64,000 nucleotides of DNA, from positions 24,242,001-24,306,000 of the forward strand of contig NC_043015.1 in the NCBI RefSeq assembly GCF_006345805.1. The letters run 5' to 3'. Shown one piece after another: positions 38,367 through 51,739 of this stretch (positions within the stretch are counted from its first letter, which is position 1; every line of letters starts with the position of its first letter). Made by a program: the position numbers and the translations under genes. Source of the DNA: Octopus sinensis (Eukaryota). The notes under the pieces were generated by a model. That model ran no database searches. It worked only from the letters and a program-made list of their open reading frames with translations, and was not told the origin of the DNA.

Positions 38367-38488
38367 CAGCAACCAGTAATAGAATGATTGTTAATTGGCT
38401 GCAATGAAAGGAGAAAATGTCGAACAAAAGAAACTGTATTTGCATGGACATAGAACGTTGCCTTGTTGGTCTGCAATATTCTCTGCAG
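38367..38488 (-). CDS. Candidate 122-nt exon
   Basis: Acceptor CTTTTTGTGTATCGTTCAG, donor CTG|GTTAGT; two frames open, so the reading frame is ambiguous. Confidence 0.25.
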
Positions 38489-38542
38489 CTGAACGATACA
38501 CAAAAAGAAGTTGCGTTTCTAAAGCAGCACAAACATTTTGTT

Positions 38543-38606
<64 letters not shown>
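38543..38606. repeat. (GTA)n microsatellite
   Basis: Direct reading. Confidence 0.95.
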
Positions 38607-39477
38607 GTAGTCTTCCCCTTCCCTTTTTAAAACAATAAAGTCCAATTTCAAGAGTATTTGAATGCTGTTTCAAGCACGGCAATCAACAACGTAGAAGTGT
38701 ACCAGGGTTGGTCATCATTATTGAAGGTAATCAGAAGCTGAGAGAAGACGTGGCTAGCTGAGTGCTTCAGAATTTCACTCTGCAGTCATGAAAATCCACG
38801 TTCCAGTTTATTACTTCGTATAATGCTCAAGTTATTTCACCCATAAAGTCGGATTCACCCAAAATATTTTAGTGGGTGTAATTCAAGCATCCGCCCATAT
38901 TCTCTTCTTTTCAGCAACCATTCTTTCTCCATCATAAGCACATGAAGTTACATTAACAGTGAGGAGGAACATTAACAGTGAGGTTTCGTTACCTCACAAG
39001 ACCTGCTGTTGGAGCAGGTTCTGCTACTCTACACCTCTATATCCCTTCCGTCATCTTTCTAGTTCTTCAAGCTAGAAAACCTTCAAGTGACATTTATTTT
39101 TACACCTATAGCACAGGGACTTCCTCTTTCGCACCGTCGGTGCCAGTGTGTTACGTGTCACACGGATTAAACTTCCGGCTTCAGAAAACATATTTCCCTA
39201 TAGCCTTCTCCTCGCATAGCTATTTCTGTACTCACTCTCTGCCCATTCTGCGTCACAAAGAAGATAACAAAGAAACAAAGGTAAATGGACGAGAGTGTGT
39301 AAAAGAAATTCAGTGTGTCGAGTCATCTGTTTTGGTTTTCAAACTGGATGGAAAATCCCAGAAGCCCTTTCCATTCATTGGCAACTACAGTGTGCAAAAC
39401 ATGAAACATAGCTTCATTTCGAGGGTAATCACAACATATATTAAATGCTTTTCAAGGTAAGTGCATGTTACTTTTAC

Positions 39478-39815
39478 CCTCGACAATGTTTAGACAACTT
39501 ACGCGAACAATTACACACACGTCTTTTCTGAGACGCATCGCCCCCAAGACTCCTTCCCTCAATGGATACGATTAATTTCCAGTCCCACCTCTGTATAAGA
39601 ATGCCAACTAAAATATCTCCATTTCTATTAACACCATTTGCAATAATGTCATGGCTGTCAAAAATGTGTGTAGAATTGTTATTGATGTTGTCACACGTGT
39701 CACTAAAATTGTTGACATCATTTTCTCTCCCAAAATATGTATTCAGTGGAATTTGATGAAATTGTTTTAGTCTAGTAGTGTATTTATTTGCGTTATCTGT
39801 GTAATAATGTTCATG
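39478..39815 (-). CDS. Candidate 338-nt exon (phase 0 in, 2 out)
   Basis: 112 stop-free codons (HEHYYTDNANK...RRVCNCSRKLSKHCR) bounded by GTGTACTCAG and AGG|GTAAAA. Confidence 0.35.
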
Positions 39816-39827
39816 CTGAGTACACAT

Positions 39828-39874
<47 letters not shown>

Positions 39875-39989
39875 TATGTCACAAGAAAACAAAAGACAAA
39901 GACAGGTGACTACAAACAGATGTGTTTGTTTAACGCTCGGGAAGTGAAATTGTGTGTGTGTATATATATATATATATATAGTTAAGGAT

Positions 39990-40312
39990 CATGGTCAGGG
40001 GTTAGAGCGTCGAGCTTACGATCGTGAGGTCGTGAGTTCGAATCCCGGACCGGGCTGTGTGTTTCTGAGCAAGACACTTTATTTCACGTTGCTCCAATTC
40101 ACTCAGCTGTAGAAATAAGTTGCAACGTCACAGATGCCAAGCTGTATCGGCCCCTTTGCCTTTCCCTTGGATAACACTGGTGGCATGGAGAGGTGAGGCC
40201 GGTATGCATGGGCGACTACTGGTCTTCCATAAACAACCTTGTCCGGACTTGTGCCTAAGAGGGTAACTTTCTAGTTTCAATCCCATGGTTAGTCATGACC
40301 GAAGGGGGTCTC
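39990..40312 (+). mobile_element. tRNA-derived CORE-like SINE (family C), full-length
   Basis: Head GGTTAGAGCGTCG...GAGTTCGAATCCCGG; CORE-like TGAGCAAGACACTTTATTTCACGTTGCTCCA.TTCACTCAGCTGTAGAAAT. Confidence 0.85.
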
Positions 40313-40414
40313 ATATATATATATGAGATGGGTTGTCATGATATGTATACTGGGCTTCGTATATTTTACTACAGTGTCACTTTGATGGCATGCACTACTT
40401 TCTCACTGACCCCT

Positions 40415-40590
40415 ACTATTGACAAACGCCTGAATTTTGGGGTGAGAGAACCAGTCGATTAGACCGATTCCATTGATCGGCTAGTACTCATTTTACTAAC
40501 CTCTAAAAGCGGTAAAGACAAAGATGAGCTCGCTGGAATTTGAACTCAAAACCTAATGCAAGAGAAAGGTCGCCAATCATTTTCTCTGTG
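40415..40590 (-). mobile_element. SINE family A, degenerate
   Basis: GCCTGAATTTTGGGG...CTCATTTTACT...GGAATTTGAACTCA. Confidence 0.65.
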
Positions 40591-40739
40591 AAACTAATGA
40601 TACGTGACAAAACAGACATGCTTTCTATTCTATATCACACTTTAATCACAACTTTCTAATGGAAGGAAACGAACAAAAACTGAAAAGGAAACTGAAGATT
40701 CTCGTCGATTGAAAATAATAGCAGGACATAATTTTAACA

Positions 40740-41165
40740 ACATTATCAATGGAGAGTATTATGACAACTTTCTGAGACAGTTACGAAAGGCTGTAAAGCC
40801 CAAACACCGGGTAATACTGACGAAAGGAGTTTTGTTTCATCAGGTGCAATCCCACAAGCTCTTGGTTTGAACGGCTGCTGTGCGTGACAGCGGATATAAA
40901 TTGGTTGATCATCTCTTTAGCCTCATCTGACTATCATCAGTTCAACAAAATGTAAAAACACTTTGCTGGGAACTAGTATCGCAGTGATGATGACGTCATG
41001 TCTGCTGTTGATGACATTTTGAACAACTGGATGAAAGCTTCTTCACTAATGGAATTCAAGCACTACACCACCGATGGAAGGAGTGTGCGAACTAAAAGAG
41101 GGACAATATTGAAATATATACCTTACTTGGTTACGGACTATGAAGTTTTCAGCCGATACTTGTAG
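40740..41165 (+). mobile_element. Mariner transposase C-terminal relic
   Basis: IINGEYYDNFLRQLRKAVKPKHRVILTKGVLFHQ...YRSDDDVMSAVDD...FFTNGIQALHHRWKEC; frameshifted. Confidence 0.88.
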
Positions 41166-41414
41166 TTGAAATAGCATCTTTCTGCATTTACAATATAAAT
41201 GTGATTATATTTATCAGCGAATATGTCTGAGCGTATTTATAGATCTTTGCATTGTAAGTTTTTAATCGGCAGAAAGTTACAAAAGTGTTTCTCGTGCCTT
41301 CGGTCACATTTTAAAATTTCTGCCGATTATACACAAACACATACCTAGAAACGCAAATAACATATAAATACATGTACAGAAATACACACACAACACAACA
41401 CAACCACACACACA

Positions 41415-41740
41415 CACATATATATATATATAATATATATATATATATATTATATATAATATACATATATATATATATACATATATATATTACATATATA
41501 TATATATACATAATATATATATATACATATATATATACATATTATATATATAATATATTATATATATATATATTATATAATATATATATATTATAATATA
41601 TATATATATATATTACATATATATACGCATTTATATATATACACATTTCTATATATATATATATATATATATCTATATATACAAAATATAATACAAAACA
41701 GAAATACATATGTATATATACATACATGTATACACATACA
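41415..41740. repeat. Compound (TA)n/(CA)n low-complexity tract
   Basis: Direct reading; many similar tracts lie throughout 32-35 kb and 41-45.6 kb. Confidence 0.9.
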
Positions 41741-42832
41741 TACAGCAATTTCTTCCGTATATACACAGACACGCACAAACACAGTTTAAAACGAAAATGT
41801 TATTTTATTTACGTCAATCATATTCCTTACTCCAAAATATAATAAAGAAAAGAAACTAATAAATGTTGTTGTGGTGGTGGTGGTTGTCTTTTTACTTCTG
41901 CATATTGATATTTTAGGCGTCATATGGTTAAAGAGTAATCTCAAACCGGAAATAATAAGATATAAGAAGAACGAAATTAAAGAGATCGGCCAAGATTTGC
42001 GAAGAGCTTATAAGCCGAAAACGGTTATAATAAAAGAATAGTCTAACACAGAAAGATATTAAAAGTGGAATGCAAGAGAATAAATATTTCAACAAAGAAG
42101 CATTTTTTTTGGGGGGGGGGGGGAATAACAAATGTGTATAGCATTGTTAAGCGAGATATTTCTTGAGGTAGTTTAATAAAATAATGAAAATAACTAACAG
42201 AGAAAGCCGCCATGCAAAATATATTAGATATCAAAATGGAAAGAATAAATACCAAACTTATAAAAGCAGTTTTGAATGCGAATGTGTGAACAAAAATATA
42301 CAAAAAAAAATAAGAAGAAAAAAGAAGACAGAAAGACGAGAAGAAAAGGAGATTAATTTAGGCATATTTAGAAAGTAATTCGGCTAAAATGCATAACTGC
42401 TGCTCTAATGTTTAAACTGAAATAAACCAAACAAGACGACTTGAACAAAAATAAAATCAGATATCACTCGCGTAAGAATCTTAGAAAATGAAACAATAAA
42501 CAGAAAATGGTTAAAATATCAATGGAATATTCACTTGAATTTATTATGCTTGCTTGGACTTGTGAATAAATGTTCGAAATATTTATTTGTCATGCTTATT
42601 AGCCTTTGTGGACTTTAAAATACAGAAGAATTTCATTTCTTTTAGCACTTTTCCTCTTTACAATTAACACAATGCAATGACGACTTTTAAATTGTTTCAC
42701 TAATGTATGTACGTATATATATATACGTGTGTGTTTGTGTGTGTGTGTCTATCTGTACGTTTGTGTGTATATGTGTGCGTATGTATGTATATATATATAT
42801 ATTATATATATATATTATATATATATATATGT

Positions 42833-42874
<42 letters not shown>

Positions 42875-44020
42875 TATATATATATAATATATATATATAT
42901 GTATGTATGTGTGTGGTGTGTGCTTGATTTTATTTGTTTAATTTCTTTTAATATTTTTTATACACACCATTCATTCTAAGTTAATGGAAATCACACATAT
43001 ACAAACGTAGATGTATGCATAATGGAAGTCCTTCACACTTATTTATTCATATATTTATAGACGCATTTTCTTCATATTTATAAAATAGTTCCACTTACGT
43101 ACAGAGGTGGATACATGGATACATACATAGATATACACATATAAATACATACGCGTATAATATTTAGAAAAGATATATGTGATAACAACAATGTGTAAGT
43201 GACATATATATATACATGAATTTATATAGAGGGAATTTTGATATGTATATATATATATACGCACACACAAATATACATACATGCACACAAGCACCTGCAT
43301 CAATTTACTTACACGTACATACATTCATACATAGATTCATGTATGTATATATATATATATATACGTTTGCTTTTGTGTGTGCTTGCATATACATGTCGAT
43401 ACATACGTATATGTGTACATATATAATATATAATATATATATATATAAGTACACGTATATATGCACATTTATGCAATAGAATCTACATGTTTATGGATAG
43501 ATGTTTTGTTTGAGGATATAGAACATGTATTTGTGTGTGATCGTGGGCATTAGCGCGCATACGTGAGTGAAATACATGATAAACTTTATGTAGACACAGA
43601 AAGATTTGTGCTAGCAGTAACGTAAGTTTCGACGTATACGTATATATTTTTATGTACATATAATTGTGTGTGGACGTGTGTGTATTTATGCATGCATGTA
43701 GATATATGTGTGTGTGAAGAGTGTGATGATTACAACGTAAATGTAAATGTTGCTACAGAAATTATAAATTGTCTACGAATAAATGTGAAAAATAACAGCT
43801 TTAAGCATAAAATGTGCATAAATTCAAACAGACATCTCCATTCTATTAGACATACACATATCTGTATACACACACACACAGATACATTTATGCACCCGCA
43901 CGCTATTCTCTGTCTGTTCCTCACAATTTCTTTGTCTGCATGTCAGTCTGTCTGCGAGTGAATTTCCAATACACGCATTTGCTCTCTTTCTTTATGTATA
44001 TGTATATTTTTAATTGATAT

Positions 44021-44053
<33 letters not shown>

Positions 44054-45475
44054 TATGTGTGTGTGTGTGTGTGTTGTGTGTGTGTGTGTGTGTGTGGTGT
44101 GTATTGTGTCTATGTGTACTTATGTATGTAAATATATAATTCATATAATCTATGTGTAACTGCGTGTATGAACGCATGTGTGTATATGCGCATAAGTGTG
44201 CGTCTGTTAGTAGCGTGAAAAGGAAAATTGTTTTGTTAAAATATTTAAACATGAATCTTTAATTGCAACAAAACCAGTTATTCACAGAGTTTACTAAATT
44301 ACCAACTCTACAGAATCTTTCTGCTATTCTGTTTTACTTTGGATTTTTGATTTTTGCATATTTTTGTCTGTATTTACTTTTCCTCACTAAATGAGCAATA
44401 TTTATGAGATATAGATATGAACAATCTACACATTGCTCTCCCCCCTCTCTCTCTCCCACATACATGCTAAGTGCCACTCATAATGTATGTGTTTTATAAA
44501 TCATGTTGATGTAATTCATATAAGCATACATATGTGTTTACATATATATACCTGTGTATATATTTATACATATGAGTGTACATATATATCTATATTATTC
44601 GTTTAAGCGACCGCATGAATGCACACACATACATAGATGCATGCATACACACCTACACACACATGCACATACACAAACATATATATGTGAATATTAAAAC
44701 CTTCTACATGTGCATTACATTGATATGCCTACATACATATAAAAATATGCTAGTGAAATGGAGGACATTTACAAATTAACTTCAGTGATACTTATAGAGG
44801 CATTTACCGACGGATTTTTCTATTATCATCATCGTTATTACATTTGTTGCTGAGATTGCTGCTCCTCTTAATGCTGTTTATCATTTTAGTCGTTGTCCCA
44901 TTGTTTATTGATATCCATATTGTTCTTCCTTTAGCTGTTGTTTTATTAGCAATTTACAATATTTGTGACTTGATACATTTTTATATTCCAATAAGTTAAA
45001 TGGACATTATTACAACTCAAAAGAAAAACTTTGCACGATATTAAAACGAAAATCTGAATGAATGAGTGCACACACAGCTGAACTTATGCATCCTTATCAC
45101 CACCCCGAACGCAACACACACATACACACCACACACATATGTATATGTATATGTGTGTGTGTACAAACAGACATTTAATTATATATACACAATCATATAT
45201 ATGCACAATTGTGTGCATATATACATGTGTATGTATATATAGACATGTATATACGCATACATATGTTTATAATATACATGTTTGTTCCTTTGATACTGTG
45301 TGGAATTGTGTCGGTGTATGAGTGCGTATGTATATTTACGCAGACGCATGCGCATACATGTCTGAACACTTTTGTATTTTCGTGTTTTAATGTAAAAATA
45401 TAAATTTTACAATTATTTTATAAAGAAGCACATTCTAATTGATTTTGCTTATAAACATATATATATTCATACACA

Positions 45476-45516
<41 letters not shown>

Positions 45517-45939
45517 ATATATATATATACGCATATATATATGTTTGAGTGTGTGTGTATCTTAATATGTGTGTATGTACATTCATTTCACTAACCAAAC
45601 ATATTTGAAATGTCTGCTTTCACACGATAGCGAAGATTGGACAGAGGAATTTAGCATTTTAATAAAAAGACAAATAATGTCTTTTAAAATATCGATTCAA
45701 TAATTCTAAAATATATCATTTGTTTAGAGATTAGGTGTAGCAAACAAACAGAAACAGAAAGTTCGATTTTAGGTTGTTTGGAAGACATATTTGTTAAAAT
45801 ACAGTTAATTTTAATGATCATTATTGTATTTATAAAGACTAAACACCATCGACAATATTTATCTTAATAGGAAAGAATGCTCAGCTACACGTACACAGAT
45901 ATGCGTTTGGGACTGGAATACATACATACAAAACATATA

Positions 45940-46125
45940 TTTAGTTCTCACCTTCTGCTTGTTTCAGTCACTAGAGTGCAGCCATGAAAAAGTTTAGTCG
46001 GAAGAATCGAACCCAGCTTATTAGTTTTTTTTATCTGGTCACTTTTGCCAAACTGCTATGTTGCAGTAAACACACCAACGCCAGTTGTCAAGTGGTAGTG
46101 GAGGACATTCGGACACACACACACA
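45940..46125 (-). mobile_element. SINE family B, 3' half
   Basis: GTTTCAGTCA...GTAAACACACCAACGCCAGTTGTCAAG. Confidence 0.7.
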
Positions 46126-46397
46126 GATGGCTAAAGAGTTAGAAGCATCAATGTCTAGGAATCTGATTAGTTGCAGCACTGAACAGATTTGGTGCTTTTA
46201 CACATTTTTTTACCATAAGAGATAAACTTTCTCCACGGTGACTGCAGTGAATTTGGTTATATTTGTTGGGATGTGTCATAAACATATTGCAATTAAACTT
46301 CACACACACATAAATTAATATATAAAAATATATATCAGGGGCAAAGGGCAAACACGTACGTGTCCGAGTCGCACTGCATGCTATGTATGTGTGTGCG

Positions 46398-46520
46398 TAG
46401 GGGCAGGAGTGGCTGTGTGGTAAGTAGCTTTCTTACCAACCACATGGTTTCTGCTTCTGACCCACTGCGTGGAACCTTGGGCAAGTGTCTTCTACTATAA
46501 CCGCAGGCCGACAAAAGCCT
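46398..46520 (+). mobile_element. SINE family B, 5' part, followed directly by a different SINE
   Basis: GGCAGGAGTGGCTGTGTGGTAAGTAGC...ACCTTGGGCAAGTGTCTTCTACTATA. Confidence 0.85.
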
Positions 46521-46817
46521 AGTGGTTAGGGAAGCGGACTCGCGGTCGGAGAATCGCGGTTTCGATTCCCAGACCGGGCGGTGTGTGTGTGTTTATTGAG
46601 AGAAAAGACCTAAAGCTCCACGAGGCTCCGGCAGGGGGTAGTGACGACCCCCGTTGTACTCTTTCGCCACAACTTCCTCTTACTATCTCTTCCTGTTTCT
46701 TGAGTAACGCTGCGATGGACTGGCGTCCCGTCCAGTTGGGTGGGGGGCACATATGCCACAGAAACCGGGAAACCGGGCCCATGAGCCTGGCTAGGCTTGA
46801 AAAGGGCGAAAAAAAAG
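46521..46817 (+). mobile_element. tRNA-derived SINE family D with a V-domain-like segment
   Basis: AGTGGTTAGG...GGTTTCGATTCCC head; GCGATGGACTGGCGTCCCGTCCAG and CAGAAACCGGG motifs; short A tail; CpG-rich, so probably young. Confidence 0.75.
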
Positions 46818-47379
46818 GAAAAATTCCAGGATAACCTCATGGTATGGTATACACAGAGAAAAATTTATCAAATAAAATAATTAAAATAACATACAACAAA
46901 ATTAGATTTTAATCTGTGGGAAAAGAAGGTAGTACTAGTGATCGCTGCACGTGTTTCTCCGCTTGTGTGTATTAAGGCTATACTTAATACATAAATCCAC
47001 CAGTGCGTCCTCATGGTGTATATATATATATATATGTATATATACTATTATTATTTACGGGTAAAAATTTAAAAAATCATATTAAAAATGAAAATAAAGA
47101 TTGCAAATATATTTTTGAAATATTAAAATCCTAAAGTACAATTACAATATATATTGAAAATGCTATACCTAAGGAAATTATTAATGATTAAATTAAAAAC
47201 ATATCCATTCTTGTAATATATCTAAATAAATATTATAGAAATTAATAATTTAGTGTAAAATTTACCCCTGTCAATACTAGTATAATACAACATATTTCTA
47301 TCAAATATGAGTTAATAGTGTAGAATAAAGATTAAATAGTAAATACAACTACTTACGTTAGAAACTGATTGGATACAAT

Positions 47380-48110
47380 TAGTAAAAAAAAAAAGGTAGA
47401 TTACTTTTTGACATAGGGTTTAATCCTTCTCTCTCAAGTGCAAATGACAGCTCCCACCGTCAGACGTTAAGTATTATGGGAATAACATAAATAATAAAAT
47501 AAAACACTCTGAAAATATTCTAAAACTGATAATATTAAAGAGGGTGAAGTCAAAGGCAGATAATAACTAGAAATAGGCAAATACTTTGGTGGATGAAATA
47601 GAGATAAATTCAAATAAACCTTTGTGTTGGATCAAACTTGATAGGCAGGTAGAATTTAAGGGGATCAATGACAATAAGCTGGCACATAAGGGATAGTAAA
47701 CAATGGATCTGTTGAGAAACTGCGGTTGTCAGCTAGTGAATACCTCTCAATTGAGACAGGACAAAGTCTCTAAAACAATAAACGATGCCACTCGAAGAAA
47801 AACTGTCCCAGAGAAAATATAGAGACACAATGTGATTGAATACACACCCAAAAATCAACTGAAGGAATATTCTCATCAAAACGTCTGTAAAATAGCAGGC
47901 TGTGAACATAGCAGGCTGAATATTTCTGATAGGATCGGACAAGAAAAAGTGTGCATCGTCATACAGGTTTAGCTGCTCTGCTGTTTTGAATATCTCTTCC
48001 AAAAGCCAAAAGAGAGGATAGCTATGGACAACTAATCCGAGAATTCCATTTATAACTATAAAAATTAGCGCAATTGGTTCTGTGAGTAAATGTAAATACC
48101 TAAGTGTCAA
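47380..48110 (-). mobile_element. CR1/L2-type LINE RT relic
   Basis: YPLFWLLEEIF...NLYDDAHFFLS (degenerate YADD) in ORF 47733-48110; decayed downstream. Confidence 0.5.
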
Positions 48111-48403
48111 TTTGAACTAGCAGATGATTTCACTCAAAATCAAGCACCTAACTTAAACATTACAAATATAATCTCTAAGTGGAGCTCTAAAAATATGCAA
48201 GAATTTTTTAAAGTATAAAATACGAATTTAAAAATAAACTTATAAAATATGAATTCATATTTGTCACCTACATTTCAGCGATAAAGTTTTGTATATTTGT
48301 TCGGAATCAGCTCCTTCCTCAGAGGAAGATTTTACATAATTAAGAGGTATGTGTGTGTGTGTGTGTCTCTCTCTCTCTCTCTCACTCTGTATATATATAT
48401 ATA

Positions 48404-48479
<76 letters not shown>

Positions 48480-48545
48480 AGATATATATATACATATATG
48501 TAGATATAGATAGATATATATATATGTATGTATCTGTTTCCCCTA

Positions 48546-48605
<60 letters not shown>

Positions 48606-49514
48606 CCTGCTCGCTTAGCCAGCGGGGTGGCGTCATTTGAAGGCTAAAATAATGTGAGGCGTGTTGTGACCAGCGATGTGTTGCAACATCTGATAGCCTA
48701 GTCGGTCATGGTGATCATGGTAGTGATATATATAGATATATCATCCGTTTCAGTTGTACAATTGCTGATGATGAGTTTGTGATATTTACACACGTGTGCA
48801 GGGTCATTCCCGCGCACACACATACATGTAGGAATGCATGCATATATGTTTAATTACATATATATGTTTATGTGTATTTGTGTGTAAGGGTATTTAATCT
48901 TAAAATATGCTTAAATGTTGTTTCAGAATTCAGAAAATGTTTGTATTTCCTCTTAGTTTACATAGGCAAAAAATGTACTAAATATTGCATTGATTCCTAA
49001 ACTTTTTGAATAGCATTTCTGGAATAGATTATATTTAGTGTATTGGACGTTTTCTGGCAGGTTTCTTTTGTTGTTAATTCGTATTCTTTAAAAGGTAAAG
49101 AAAAAGATATTAAATGAGTAAGTATGATGCCGAAAAACAACAAAATAAATTAACTAAAATTTTATACATATTCGCAGAAGGTGTTTTCATTTAGCAAATA
49201 GAACTAGACAAAACGAACAGACTATGGTATAGTTTATATATCAGGATAAAGTGGAAGAAAAAATAGTGTTTATGTTTTGTTTTTCAAGCACGAGATGCAA
49301 TCATTTCAGATACAAATCAAAGCAGATCTTTTATCAAAAATAAAATGAAAGCATGTAAAATGGTGCCTTTTGAGTTGGAGGGTGTTATTCGTCTCATAAA
49401 TCGACACAAAAATACGTAGACAGAGATATAGTTAAATATCACTGTATTATATGGGGTGTGCGCGCGTGTGCGTTGTGTATGTGCATGCATAAATATGTAT
49501 ACACACAAGCATAT

Positions 49515-49565
<51 letters not shown>

Positions 49566-49584
49566 ATACATGGATATACAGAAA

Positions 49585-49752
<168 letters not shown>

Positions 49753-50224
49753 CAGAAATACAATTATGTATGTTTATACATACATGAATGTGTGAGAAAG
49801 AGGAGAAGATTGCCAACAGATAGGCAGAGAAGTAAGTGAATATATTAATAAATACAAAACTAACGACGCACGTTTTTATTTGCAATAAAATCAGCCAAAA
49901 GGACGTCGTTGATATATTGTTTCACATTTACTGCCATAGATTTTAGTCATCGTCTTCTTTTTCCCTTCTTCGATTTGTCCCCATTTCTGAAAATATTTTA
50001 TTTTCTTGGTGCGTTTATTTTGCTCACTTTTTTACTTCCCTTAAACAACGTTAGATGATTTTACTGATACCGTTGGACATCTATGTGTTTGTTTGTCATT
50101 CATTAAGTTATTGTACTTCTACTCAACTACATACACATATATATATATATATATAGTATGAATATATTCCCATATATACAGACACATATATATGGGTTGT
50201 GGTTTGTGCGTTTGTATTATATGC

Positions 50225-50291
<67 letters not shown>

Positions 50292-50327
50292 CATATATAT
50301 ATCTATATATATATATATCTATATATA

Positions 50328-50359
<32 letters not shown>

Positions 50360-50362
50360 ATA

Positions 50363-50402
<40 letters not shown>

Positions 50403-50411
50403 ATATATAAT

Positions 50412-50443
<32 letters not shown>

Positions 50444-50497
50444 TATAAATATATATATATATTATAAAAGAAAAATATATATATACAATATATATAA

Positions 50498-50566
<69 letters not shown>

Positions 50567-50603
50567 CATATATATATATATATATATAATATACATATAT
50601 ATA

Positions 50604-50658
<55 letters not shown>

Positions 50659-50660
50659 CA
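50225..50660. repeat. Long interrupted (TA)n tract (~430 bp)
   Basis: Direct reading. Confidence 0.92.
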
Positions 50661-50884
50661 TAGTTAGTTAGTTAGTTAGTTAATTTGGCTCAAAAGCAAA
50701 TAGCATGAATTTTCTAGCCTGTCCGTAGCTTTCAGGTGCTTTCCCACCTGGTGATTTGAAGTGTCAATCTTCACCACGCCAAATGGCATCTATCGGCAAG
50801 CACACTAACTTTATACTTTCAGTATGTGTGATCGATATATATATATATATATATATATTAATTATATATATATATATATATGCG

Positions 50885-51025
50885 TGTGTGGGTATACCAC
50901 GGACTTCTATTAATTTCCGTCTACCAAATCCGTCCACAAGGCTTTGGTCAGCCCTAGGCTACAGTGCAGGACAGTAAGCCAGGGTGTCACGCAGTGGAAC
51001 TGAACCGAACCCCACACAGCCACTC
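50885..51025 (-). mobile_element. SINE family B, 5' half
   Basis: CCGTCTACCAAATCC...CAAGGCTTTGGTC...CACGCAGTGGAACTGAACC...CACACAGCCACTC. Confidence 0.8.
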
Positions 51026-51031
51026 TTGGGC

Positions 51032-51080
<49 letters not shown>

Positions 51081-51185
51081 CTTTTATTCTTTCATGTCCG
51101 ACATTTGTGAACCACTTGAGCACCGAGTACGATGTAATGGACCTGTCTCAACCGAACTTTTCGGATTTGTGCCTATAGTAGAAAG

Positions 51186-51233
<48 letters not shown>

Positions 51234-51235
<2 letters not shown>

Positions 51236-51695
51236 TATATTTGACTTTTGCTTTACCTTTGCACAAGCTGGCTCCAAGTCTCACCCAGAGACCTCAAGAG
51301 ACAACAAGTTGGAAGATCATGTAGGTGTTATGCCTAGGGTGCCATATATTTGGTTTTGTACTTTGTGTTGTACTAGTGAATGCCTAAAAAAAACCATACG
51401 AAAATTATGTTTATTTTAAAACTTGAGATTACAAAGAAAGTATTTTGCGTAGGATATGGGCAGTTCCCATGAGCACTATCTTTTCAATTTCTGTCATTTT
51501 GGGGTTTCTTGGTATCTGAGTTAGGTAGCAATTAGCCCCTTTTGCTATCATTCCTAGGGCACTTATGACAACAGGTATTGTTTTAGTCTTCAGGTTCCAC
51601 ATTTTGCTGATTTCTATTTCAGATCTTTATATTTGCTCAGTTTCTGGTAGGTCTTGACAGATACGCTTATATCGATTGGGTCAGTCATATCAATG

Positions 51696-51697
<2 letters not shown>
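51234..51697 (-). mobile_element. R4/Dong-clade non-LTR retrotransposon 3' end (restriction-like endonuclease) within (TAA)n
   Basis: LIDMTDPIDISVSVKTYQKLSKYKDL / EIEISKMWNLKTKTIPVVISALGMIAKG...MGTAHILRKILSL* (one frameshift; stop at 51429-51431); (TTA)n at 51188-51233 and 51698-51738. Confidence 0.88.

Positions 51698-51738
<41 letters not shown>

Positions 51739-51739
<1 letters not shown>

Noticed and set aside
38978-39460. 160-aa + strand ORF ending at a GTAAGT donor
   Set aside because: Composition is unremarkable, the 5' part resembles decayed CR1/L2 sequence, and no consistent + strand exon series was found.
39990-40065. tRNA-like sequences here and at 17172, 27198, 46521
   Set aside because: A/B boxes are present but the cloverleaf acceptor stems are incomplete and they run into SINE bodies; not functional tRNA genes.
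41917-42041. + strand terminal-exon-like frame GVIWLKSNLKPEIIRYKKNEIKEIGQDLRRAYKPKTVIIKE*
   Set aside because: The A-rich, T-poor strand makes stop-free runs likely, and no partner exons were found.
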